A DNA stretch of 64,000 nucleotides from Eledone cirrhosa (taxonomy: Eukaryota): assembly GCA_964016885.1 (NCBI GenBank), contig OZ024740.1, positions 194,246,001 to 194,310,000 on the forward strand. The letters are read 5' to 3'. Positions within the stretch are counted from its first letter, which is position 1. Each line of letters begins with the position of its first letter. This document shows, one piece after another, positions 52,320 to 64,000 of the stretch. Position numbers and translations under genes: made by a program. The notes beneath the pieces are model-generated. The model was not told the origin of the DNA. It was given only the letters and a program-made list of their open reading frames with translations, and searched no databases.

Positions 52320-53160
52320 TGACAGTGTCGCTTTAAAAGTGACAGGGGGGCAATATATATGATCTTCTATGTGAGGAAACTATAGGAAACGTGCATTGAA
52401 CAGGGAATGGATTTGTATCAATCTGCTCCCGGCAAGGATTTCACTGAACCTAGTATTTATGTGTATGGCAAAGCATTGACGGTTATGGATATATTTGTGT
52501 ATTCGGGTAACGAAGTTAACAGGACAAACACCCTGGATGATGAAATCTTTTTACGATTAAAGAAAGCAAATTATTCATTTTGTAAATTAGATGGGTGTCT
52601 CTGGTATCCATAGTCGGTATCATCGGCATTCACATATGAATGATATTGAAGTACTGGAACGAAGTCATTCTGAAATCTTTTATAATTCAATATAGATTGT
52701 GCCGGAACGGTCATGTAAGAATGCCAAATCACCATATTCCTACGCTGTTTCTGTACGGGCATTTGTCAAATGCAAACGGTGAAGGCATAAACTATAGCTC
52801 GGGTATAAATACTGCATCAAAAGAGCTTTGATAAAGGCAAAAATAAGAGAATATAATCGGGAAGTCAATACCTTAGATTGATAAACTTGGAAGAAAGAAG
52901 AGTTTAATGGAAAACAAGAATTTGAAACATTTCTCATTGAACATTTAAGCATCATTTCGCGTGAAACATTTAAGCATCAACACTTAAAGAGATGTCTGTG
53001 TAAGGGCCTGCACTATGTAATTTTACCTGGATTTTCAAATGCTTATTAGAAGTTATCATAAAAGCCATGTACAAAATGGTGTCTATTATGATCTCTTTGG
53101 CATTTCTTATTGTAGGACTTGTGGCGAAAATGTGCCTCGGACGGTTGATCCCAACGTTAT
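52320..53160 (+). pseudogene. Degenerate RTE (BovB-like) LINE
   Basis: QCRF...MIF.VRKL..IEQG, FVYSG...TLDDEI..RLKKA..F.KL, RL...GHVRMP..IP..LYG.L. Confidence 0.7.
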
Positions 53161-53288
53161 TTGAAAGGTGGAACCAAATTGGAAGTAATATTTCTTACTG
53201 CAGCACATGGTGAAAAGAATATAATATATTTTTATAACTGTTAAGCGATAGGAAGTTTTGAATTTGTAAGGTCGAAGCATCAAAGTTA

Positions 53289-53688
53289 TCTATATATTAC
53301 TAAAACTCTGTGAGTGCTTGCTTGCTTGTCTGTAATGTAATACAACCAAAAGGGCGTATAATGGAAAATTACTTTGAAAGGAAGTTGACTCTGAAATAGG
53401 AATACAAATTGAATAAAACAAGTTTCGCGTAAATAGGAGAACGGGTTCGCGAGACATGGGTTTTTTCCGGGTACCTTCATAAGCAGAGAGAGAGAGGGAG
53501 AGAAAGAGAGAAAGAGATAATGGTTGTGAGAGTGTAGATAGGGAGAGGAGACAGAGGAGGAGAATGGAAGAGAGAGAGAGAGAGAGCTGGTGGCGTTGTT
53601 GTGTATATATATATATATATCTAAGTGTGTGTCTATATAAATATGTGTGTGTCTATGACCAATGCATATAGATCACAGGCAACTACAT

Positions 53689-53723
<35 letters not shown>

Positions 53724-53877
53724 CATACACTTACGTATATATATGGGCCTTCTAGTTTCATTTCACATTATATACATGTCTATGTATATTTTAATTATTT
53801 TAACATTATTTTTAAGTGAACAGGATTTTTTTTATATTTTGAAGCGAACGTGACCCAACGGGTCACGGGTGGTCTAG
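53289..53877 (+). mobile_element. Non-autonomous Helitron
   Basis: A|TCTATATATTACTAAAA 5' end, 3' hairpin CGTGACCC-AAC-GGGTCACG, CTAG|T terminus. Confidence 0.8.
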
Positions 53878-55304
53878 TTTTATCATTAAAATAGTCTATT
53901 TTGGATATATAAATCTGGGAGATGGAAAGATATTGTACAGCGCTGCCCGTCGAACGCAAACCCAAAATGCAATATACCGTTTTACCGTGCTAACCATTAT
54001 ACAAAAGAGCCGGATGACTGATTCTTTCGTTATGTTAAGCCTTATCAACTAGACAGTAGATTTGTAAACAATCTATTTTTAGTACTTCTGAGCGATAGGA
54101 AGTTTTGAAGAATAGTTGGGTATATACTGTAAACCTTGGAGACAAACGAAATCTGAACAATGATTATGTTAAAATAATTTCGATTTCATTTTCAGTATAC
54201 AATGTCCACCAAACATTTTCATTATCTGTTATTCAAAGGTGAATCTGAATGCATTTCTCTTATGGGTACATCATATTGTGAATACACTTTGTTTGCAAAA
54301 CCACTATTGTATATTATGGGATGTAAAGTTTTCTCTGAACCATGTTAAAACTAATATGTTAACTACCCAACTATTCTCATTGCTTATCTAGTGATAAACA
54401 GATTCCCTCTCTATAAGATAGGCATTTCTATTACTATCTTGAAGCTAAGGGATTTTGTAATGATTGTTATTTATTTTTTTTAAACGTTTTGCATATATTT
54501 AAAATCTCTATCCGTTATGTTTAGTTTGTGTGGATGTGTGTTTATTTTTTGTGTGTAGGTATGTGTATATGTCTGCGTGCCTATGACTGAACCGAAAGAA
54601 GTCCAATGGATAAATGTGGTGCACATGTTTGATAAATGACATTAAGGCATTACATATAAAACGCTGAATGTATACCGATTACACCATTTAGGTCTTCTTA
54701 ATCATCAATTATATACATTGTTCTGGCTGTATACTGCATACAAAACAAATTGCCTACAAGATTTCTGTTGTATTTCTAACGAACAAATTCCACAGTTTCT
54801 TCTATTGATACTTGTTGGGTTATTCATAGTATGTTAGTGCAATTTTCCGAGGAAATCAAAAGGTTGTTTTACTAGTTGTTCATTAAGTAGTATCCTGCAG
54901 TGTTATCTTAATCATGCTTGCAAAATGCAGTTCAAACATTCAATCAAACTCAACAAAGTCAGCATTCATATAGGTAGGTATAGATGTATATATATGAATA
55001 TTTGTTTTAGAATATGTCACGCACCTACAAAGTAATTTACTATTTATCTCAACTCTCTACGCCCAACCCCCTTTCTCCTTTTAGGTTTCTTTTTCCTGTA
55101 CTTTCACAAACATACGACTTACAACATAACAAAATATTTGAATATTGTTTTGTTCATTCTGCTTACACATCCCAATTTCATTCACACTTCCTTCATTGTA
55201 ATTAGTCTTATTGTGTTTATGTGTCGTAGTTAGTGGTACGATCAATTCCTAGCCTGTATCTCTATATTTTCTTCTCCTTCCTCACTCACTACATTGATCA
55301 CCGC

Positions 55305-55570
55305 CGCCCCAGATTATTCGTTGCCCACCAAGCCGAAGAGAGCAAACTGCCAAAATATCGGCGCTCTCTGATAGCTTTGTGGTTGTACCTGTGGCAGTGG
55401 AACCTTCCTGCGTTCTTGGCCCCCGGACCAAAGCCCTGCTGACTGCTATCGGAGCAGAGCTGATTACTCTCATGTGCGAGCCCTGCGAGGTGGAGTGGCT
55501 GACCTCTGGGGCAATGTCTTCTCCATCCTATCGGGCAGGACCACAAGGCGGGCTTACCCTAAATTGCATT
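55305..55570 (+). pseudogene. CRE-clade non-LTR retrotransposon RLE C-terminal relic
   Basis: AHQAEESKLPKY, VPVAVEPSCVLGP..LLTAIG..EVEWL, GNVFSIL match the AExxKxxKY..P.AVET.G..GP..QRGN pattern. Confidence 0.68.
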
Positions 55571-55758
55571 TATGGTGGTGGCATGTGGATTTGACTTAAT
55601 TCCATAAACATGATTAGTAAGAAGGTCAAAACATTTCAAGTACTTATACTGCTTTTTCTCGGTGTATAACATTAGCTTCTTTGAATTCTGATTGTTTACT
55701 CCATTTTATACATATGGTTTTATATATATATATAGATCATATGTTTAAAATTGCGTAT

Positions 55759-55830
<72 letters not shown>

Positions 55831-55841
55831 TCTTTTATTTT

Positions 55842-55882
<41 letters not shown>

Positions 55883-56213
55883 CATGTTAAATGATGAATT
55901 ATAAAACATGAAAACATAAACTCAATTCTAGTCAATAATACACGCACCATTCTTATACTAAATAGGTATACACTTGCTTATATCCAATGTATTACATTAT
56001 ATTGGATCATGTTCATATTTGCTAATTTAATTTTTCACCATATTAGAATCGATGTTTTTAATCTTGAAACGTACAGTACATCGGTAGCAGCATCACTATT
56101 ACGCGATAACATATTTAGTTTTTAGATACAACAACTTTCTAAGAAGGAAATGTTTGACGTCTTTATTATCAAAGTGGCGACAATACTCGTTGTGTTAGTA
56201 GATTTCTACATAT

Positions 56214-56550
56214 ACGGCTTAGTGACTAGTGGGTAGATCGTTGGGCTTACAATCATGAAGTTTTGTATTCAATTCCTGGAGCGGACAATGGGTTCTGTCC
56301 TTCAGCAAGACACTTTATTTTTGGCTTGCTCCAGTTCACTCAAATATAAAAATTAGTTATGAAGTCACTGGAGTCAATCTGTATCGGCCTTTGCCTTTCC
56401 CTTGGACAACATCGGTGGTGTAGAGAGAGGAGTCTGGTATGCATAGGTGCCTGCTGATCTTCCAAATACAACCTTGCCTGGACTTTCGCCTCGGAGGGAG
56501 AACTTCCTAGGTAGAAATTATATGGTCATTCGTGACCGAATGGGGTCTTT
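56214..56550 (+). mobile_element. tRNA/CORE-like SINE
   Basis: GGCTTAGTG A-box, TTCAATTCC B-box, TGTCCTTCAGCAAGACACTT CORE-like motif. Confidence 0.6.
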
Positions 56551-57143
56551 GTAAATAATTCTTTATTCAAATAAGTCTTTATTCAAATCATGCGTGAAGA
56601 TAGGTGCTTTTGTGATACAATGTACAATCGTAAATTGCTTTTAATAAAGTATATTATCACCAACTTACACATGACTATAAAATATTCTCCAGGACAATGT
56701 TTGACCAATAAAATTAGCAACTAAATGTACTTCAAATCATTAAATAGGAAAGGTCTAAAATATACTGCTAGAAAATTAGCGTTATGGTTATGGCTGGAGT
56801 TGTTATCCAGGCTAAACAATAATAACTACTTCTACTCCTACTAATTAGTTTATTCACATTGAAATATAAAATATTTTTTGATGTGTTATATCGACAAATG
56901 GTTTTATATTACATTCTATAATAACCTTTGAAACCTTTGCAAATATACTTTTAATTATCGTCGAATTTATATTCATGACGCCAAGTAGACCATAGCACAC
57001 GCCGGTATATATTGCTTAAGGATGAAACATATATTCATCATACGGTCTGAATTCAGAAGTTAAACAATTTAAACAACCTCTTACGGTGGCATTGTTTTAA
57101 GCTGACATACCTGAGCAAACTAAAATGGATTTGTCGCTTTATG

Positions 57144-57518
57144 AATGAAGCGGTCTATTGCACGTAAACAGTTATGAAGTTGTCAAATAATGAAAATTAA
57201 TATACGAACAAGCATTGTTCAATCATATATTGTTGTTCCTGTGAGAGAGAATAGTTGTATGCACATACAACCATATGCACATATATATGTGTGTGTATGT
57301 ATATATATATATATACATACGTTTGTCTCATTTGCAAGTATTCTTGCAAACGTGAAACGTGAATAGCTGTATTCATATCTAAGCGGCACCCATTACAAAA
57401 TTGAAAAGATGGCATTTTGTAAACAAATACAATCGCAATACATAGGATGCTTGTTCGTATATTAATTTTCATTATTTGAAAACTTCATAACTGTTAACGT
57501 GCAATAGACCGCTTCATT
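57144..57518. mobile_element. MITE-like element with ~72-bp terminal inverted repeats
   Basis: 57144-57215 is the reverse complement of 57447-57518 with about 2 mismatches. Confidence 0.8.
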
Positions 57519-57772
57519 TGAAATACGGAGAATTGAACAGTCCATCTTGAAGCGAGTACTACGTAAAGAGGACTCAACCTAAATCCAAACATATTTCAGC
57601 CTGAACATGTTTGTAACATGGCCCGTCTGTTCAAAGCCGGATTTGCTAGTTATATGACATCTTACGACGGTAAATAATCACAGATTGATTGTGCATAAGT
57701 TGTTCTTCAGCCCACAGGTAATTCGGGTCAACTCTGTGCCAAATTATGCGCGTTTGCAACAGGTTTTATATC

Positions 57773-57813
<41 letters not shown>

Positions 57814-57935
57814 CAAGCAAAGAAAGTGTGGTAAGAAACCAGGTAGACCATAACGCACCAGAGTACTCGATACTTAGGTTAGTAGAGCGAGCTGTCGAAA
57901 CTGCCGGAGTTCAGCCTTCGGGGTTCTAACTCTTT

Positions 57936-58016
<81 letters not shown>

Positions 58017-59147
58017 TGTGTATGCATTATATTTCAGTTATAAAAGCATGTACACAGATCCTCGAGGCCACCGAAAATTATAGTGGATTGCTTTTAATTT
58101 TAAGTCTATTCATTCAACCATGACTGTATCTTTATTTCCTGAATGTATCCCCTTCCCTTTTAGATGCACTAATAACTACAGCCATGTTTTGTTTACACTC
58201 TCCGTTTCAGCACGTAATTTCAATAAATAAATATAAATTGAGCATAGAATTAAAGTAATTGTCTAAATTCATGCCGTTATCCCCTTTTAAGATATTTTTC
58301 TGGACAGTTTTTACCATTTTATAAGCTACGTACATGCAGCTAACAATATTTTACAATACTTTTTGTGAATGTTATTTTTTTTCTGACATGAGGTGAGTAG
58401 GGCTGCTAGGCTATAACTTTCTTTTTCTTCTGCAACAACGATCAGATTGTTATTTCCATTATAGCATAATAATTTATCAATCAATATATTCTTTATTTTG
58501 TTAAATAATCTCCCATCTTTTTTCATTACAGCTAGAATGTTATTTTGTGTCAGATAGTCTACACCTAATAAGGAATTTATTGTATATAGTCATACGTCTA
58601 TATAGAAAAATCCATATGAGAAATAAACATGAAAGTTACATTTCCTATTATTAATACTCAAGGCAAAACCAGCTAACAGAACTATTTTTATTACAGCAAG
58701 CCGATTAGCTTAGAATTAGATTTTCAAACATTTACCTGGCAAAATATTAATATTCTGAATTGAAAATATTAAGTTCTTAAAATATTCCATTCATTAATTT
58801 ATATAGTGTGTCTGCCTTGTAAAAGCCAAGAAGACCACAAATCACAGTAATACTCGATACATGGTGAAATCCAGATTGGGTAAAATCATAAAGTAGTATA
58901 TGTACACATTTGAACATACAAGCTTGCATACACATATAGATGCATGTTTATCAGATATCCGAGAACGCTTAATAAAAACTAGAATTATATGTATATGTGT
59001 GTGTGAGTGTGTGTGATACATTAAATATTCATGAAACATATGTATATTATGTGATAAATAGGCAAAATTTCAGAGAATCAAGACTCACAATGTAGCTTTA
59101 ATAAAATGAATATATTATATGTTATATATATTATATGCTATATATAT

Positions 59148-59335
59148 AAGGCGGTGAATTGGCAGTATCGGTAGAGGGTTGGACGCCATGCTTTCTAGCA
59201 TAGTTACGTCCCTTTACGGTCTGAGTTCAAATCCCGCCAAGGTTAACTTTGCCTTTCATCCTTACAGGGTCGATAAAATAAAGTACCAGTAATGTACTGC
59301 ATAATTGCTGGCCTTGTGCCTAAAGTAGAAACAAT

Positions 59336-59338
<3 letters not shown>
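59148..59338 (+). mobile_element. Full-length Meta-domain SINE
   Basis: A box, B box, central domain and tail all present. Confidence 0.9.
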
Positions 59339-59366
<28 letters not shown>

Positions 59367-59370
59367 TATA

Positions 59371-59474
59371 GAGAAGTTTCTACTGGACTAGAACTGTTTC
59401 ATTCGTGAGAAATCATCAGGAAGCTCTGAAGATTTCTCACGAATGAAACAGTTCTAGTATGTAGAAGCTTTTCC
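59371..59474. repeat. Hairpin made of two inverted hammerhead-like motifs
   Basis: CTGATGA (minus) and CTGAAGA (plus), each followed by TTTCTCACGAATGAAACAGTTCTAGT..GTAGAA. Confidence 0.75.
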
Positions 59475-59549
59475 ATATTAAGCATTTATACTCTGCTTTG
59501 TATTGAGTAACTTACTTACTGTGGTTACCTCCGATTGAACCCGGGATAA

Positions 59550-59580
<31 letters not shown>

Positions 59581-59583
<3 letters not shown>

Positions 59584-60610
59584 ACTGCCGTTCTTATTCA
59601 GATTACTAAACAGCAAAATATCAAAATTGTAATGATAATAGAATTTAGAAATGAAAATCTGTCAATCTTGAGCACCTGAAGGTAAACAATATTCATTATG
59701 TAATTTTTTGTTGGTGTCCTAATGTATAAATTGTTGCTACACACTCACACACATACACTCTCATGAATATACTAAGGCAGACACACACAGGCATACATCA
59801 ACGCAGACACACACATAGCTTTTCACCTCATTTTGGGGGGACAGTAGCTACATATGTATATGTATGTGTAGATGTGTGTGTGTATTTAACAACGTACCTA
59901 AGAACGTGCACACAGACATTCACAGACACATACATATTCATATACAAAATGTGAAGTGTTTGTGTTGTCTTTTTTTAGTTGTTTTCATGTAAATGAAAAT
60001 AAGAATTATCACACATACACTCACGCACATGCACTCACACACACATACACTCTCACACACACATACACTCTCACATACAGTCACACACATGCACTCACAC
60101 ACATATACACTCTCACACACACATACACTCTCACACACACATACACTCTCACATACATCTCACATACACTCACATACATATACTGAGACAAATAAAAAAC
60201 AGATATACATTCACGCACACTTGTCTGTCATCACATATGTATGTGTATGTGTAGATGTGTATATGTGTTTAATTGTCTATATGTATGTGTAGATGCGTGT
60301 GTGTGTTTAATTTTCTGAAGCCTAATGTGTGTAACGAACTCGTAAACACACACACACACTCACAGACCCATACACACTCATATGCAATGTGATATCATCG
60401 TGGTCGTCGTCCTTTACTATAGTTCACTATAGAAAGGTTATTTGGGATAAAATATTATATTGTGTTAATCCAAATGAAAATAAAAATTATAAGTTGACAC
60501 TTTGGGGGTCTAAACTCGTACCTTGTAAAATTTTATTTGATTTGGTCCAGCCGTTTGAGAATGCATAGGAACAGACAGACAGTCAGAGAGACAATATATA
60601 TATATATAGA
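59581..60610 (-). mobile_element. Non-autonomous Helitron lacking its terminal hairpin, with internal CA-rich minisatellite
   Basis: 5' TCTATATATA..CTGTCTGTCTG at 60610; 59581-59750 is homologous to 61027-61242. Confidence 0.65.
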
Positions 60611-60649
60611 AATAAAATTTATATATTTCTACACATACACACACACATG

Positions 60650-60721
<72 letters not shown>

Positions 60722-60965
60722 ATATATTAACAATTGGAAACTATATTTATAAAACCATATTTATTTCATTATACATATTTCAAGGGCCACCAAGGCAAAC
60801 TACGGTGCGCTTTCATCAGATAAAATATAATATAGGTTAGTTTTATAAATAAATATTGACATACCCTGAAAAAAAGGCAACCATTCTGATTGGAATCTCC
60901 TATATCAGTTATAAAAATATTTTGCTTGTTGTATCCCAACAAATTAAATATAACCTCTCTCTCTG

Positions 60966-60997
<32 letters not shown>

Positions 60998-60999
60998 CA

Positions 61000-61245
61000 C
61001 TAGCTGAATGACCCGGCGCTGCCCGGGTTACTGATGTTCATATTCAGATCAGTAAACAATCAATATGAAGATTTCTTTTTCTCATAATCATTTCAAAATG
61101 TCTATATTTTATTTTAAAAATATCAAAATTGTAATGATAATAGAATTTAGAAATGAAAATCTGTGAAACTTAAAGCACCACAGGGTAAACAATATTCATT
61201 GTCTAATATATTGTTGGTGTCCAAATAAATAAATTGTTGCTGCTT
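61000..61245 (-). mobile_element. Helitron 3' terminal fragment
   Basis: Minus strand CCCGGGCAGCGCCGGG hairpin followed by TCATTCAG-CTAG|T. Confidence 0.72.
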
Positions 61246-61572
61246 CCAACTCGTGAGAAACCAACATAGAGTTGACCGTGGGAGAAACATGTAGTAGAGA
61301 GATCAAGTCCAACTACTTTCAGGGATTGGCCCTGGATTTGTTAATTCAAATAATAAACTTAGTTGGACTGGAAATTGAATCCTATTAAATCCAAATGGAA
61401 CAGTTCTATGTATAAGTGTGTGTTTTTCACTTGTATCGCAGTTTCCTTCGCATGATTGGGCAACGAAACCTGCGTATTTATATGTTTGTGTATATGAACA
61501 ACACATACATACACGCGTGTCTAATATACAACCAGTCGATCGTTTTGGCGTGGACACCAGATAGTCCCACAT

Positions 61573-61604
<32 letters not shown>

Positions 61605-62765
61605 CGCGCGCGCATGAATGTGTGTGTGTGTGCATGTATGTCTGTGTTTGTGTGTGTGTGTGTGATTTCTGATATGTAATATGTTACCAGTGTTAGGACG
61701 ATCGCTCTTATCTGAGAACCATTATCTGAGAACCACTCCTGCATCATCTCATACATCAATTTATTTATGCATCTCTGCATCACATCATAATATATCTATT
61801 CGGCATTTAATACACAGGTTTCACTTAAACTTTCTATTTATTGCATATTTTATCCATAAATCTATACAGTTTTTACATGAAGCAACATCTTGACAACTGG
61901 AGGCATTCAATGTATGTTTTCTCGTCAGTGTACTTTTCAGTCGTATACTTGCTACCTTAATGACAACTCTATTTTATGATATTTGTTTATGTCTTATATA
62001 TCATCTCCGACATGTCTATACATTTGAACATTCAGAATTTAATGATTCGCAGCGATTCATCTTGAGATTTAACTTAACTTCTTCGTCCGATGAATGCTAT
62101 GTCAATATATTATTCTTACAGTTACAGATATATTTCGTACAGTTTGGAAGGAAGATAAACATGAAAATGTAATAAACAAACCACACAGCAAACATAAACC
62201 TCAAGGGAAACAACTTATTTTATTATTTCATGTGGTAACCGTCATGATTACACTAAACTATGAAGTCTCCTTCATTTTGAGAAAATATTTTTTCTACAAT
62301 GCACAACATTAATAATTGGAGTTGACGCAAGAATATTAGAATTGTGTAATTCCCTATCACGCATGAAAAATATTGAGTTGAAGACACTTCGCATAAATAA
62401 CTTGAATATAAACCTTATTCTACTACGATATGATATTCCACACTAAATTCGCAGGCTCCCAACACATCTTGAATCTATGCTTAAAAATGACAGTAATACA
62501 AAATAAATTGTATCAGCACATTTAGTGATATATAAATTGAAAAAGAAAATATGTCAGATTAATAATATCGTTTATTAAAATATTGCTGATAAAAATGCAC
62601 TGCAGAATACAGCACTTAAACTATGCACGTATAACAGATAACTGTAATAAGTCTTCTTCAAAGTAACTGTTATCTAGCAATGTACTGGATAATTATACAG
62701 TGCATTGACTTCGTGGACTAGACCGTCAATAATTAAATGGCTTGACCACAAACATAGCAAAACGC

Positions 62766-62825
<60 letters not shown>

Positions 62826-63041
62826 TAAAATAACAGATTAAAGTTTAAGCAAAGAATCGCTGCTTTCACCCTTAACGGGATCTTCTGAAACTAACAAAGT
62901 CAATCTGTAAACGCAGAAATCGAGCCCTCTTTGGATTTTAGTCTTCCAATTTATTATTATTACTATATATATATATATGTCCCAAGGCTCTGATACCATC
63001 AACACTATAAACACAGAGCTGGCATATCTAAGAACTGACTA

Positions 63042-63097
63042 ACTGCCTGATGAGGTCATAGCCATTCGATGGCTATTATCGAAATATATATAGCAGT
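63042..63097 (+). ncRNA. Hammerhead ribozyme motif with intact core
   Basis: ACTGC-CTGATGA-GGTCATAGCCA(TTCGA)TGGCTATTATC-GAAA-TATATATA-GCAGT. Confidence 0.8.
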
Positions 63098-63139
63098 AAA
63101 TAAAGGATTATGAGTTCATGCAATTGATTATGTTTCGTC

Positions 63140-63262
<123 letters not shown>

Positions 63263-63911
63263 ATATGTATATACACATACACACACACACACACATATAT
63301 ATATATATTATTAAAATAATAGATTAAAGTTTAAGCAAAGAATCGCTGATTTCACCCTTAACCAAATTTATGAACGGAGTTAAAAACTTGAATTAATCCA
63401 CTGTAATTTAATGAGCTGAAGGAATAGAATCCGGGCTCTTTATAAGACAGTATATAGAGAAAAGTACACAAAGAGTTGTGTTAAGTTATAGGGGATAGAC
63501 TACCACCAGAGTGATAAACAAAAAGTCAACGAAAGGAATGGAGAATACATATAAATAATGAATAAAAATACACGAACAAATCTTTTATAACTATAAAGAC
63601 CTGGACAAACTCTCATAAGAGAACGTTTCACCATAAAAAGTGAAGATTCCATACCACTAAGGGTTTATCAACAGCGGTATAACAGAATGGTTCTCAATTC
63701 TAAAAGTATATCAGATAACTAAAATAACGTACACAGTGTAAAGAGAAGAAAATATTACCCTAACATAGTCCATAGTGGTGTGAATGGACAGATAGACTGT
63801 TAGAAATAGCAGCGCAGAATCATTCAACTTAAGAAGCTCTTCTTAGATATAAGGTATTGTATCCCATATAATTGAACATAGGTTTTTGTGTATTGTCTCT
63901 ATATACTGTTT

Positions 63912-63927
<16 letters not shown>

Positions 63928-64000
<73 letters not shown>
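63928..64000. repeat. (GT)n microsatellite
   Basis: Directly visible. Confidence 0.97.

Overview
AT-rich, microsatellite-dense eukaryotic (metazoan) DNA. The repeat landscape is consistent with a cephalopod/octopus-like genome, which is an inference. No host protein-coding gene is evident, and nearly all short ORFs are microsatellite or antisense artefacts. The main content is two divergent full-length R4/Dong-clade non-LTR retrotransposons (RT plus restriction-like endonuclease) lying head-to-tail on the minus strand in (TAA)n tracts at ~10.8-20.0 kb. One has an intact YMDD motif; the other carries FMND. Their long 5' leaders share the same architecture and a short conserved pseudoknot-like RNA motif just upstream of the ORF. 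Also present: three degenerate R4 relics, two RTE-type copies with twin-priming-like 5' inversions, a CRE endonuclease relic, Penelope-like relics, about ten minimal hammerhead-ribozyme-like motifs in small (TA)n-embedded and often fold-back modules, a frameshifted Chapaev3-like DNA transposon, non-autonomous Helitrons, MITEs, a very degenerate Gypsy-like pol, and many tRNA-derived Meta-domain SINEs. All alignments and folds were done by eye.
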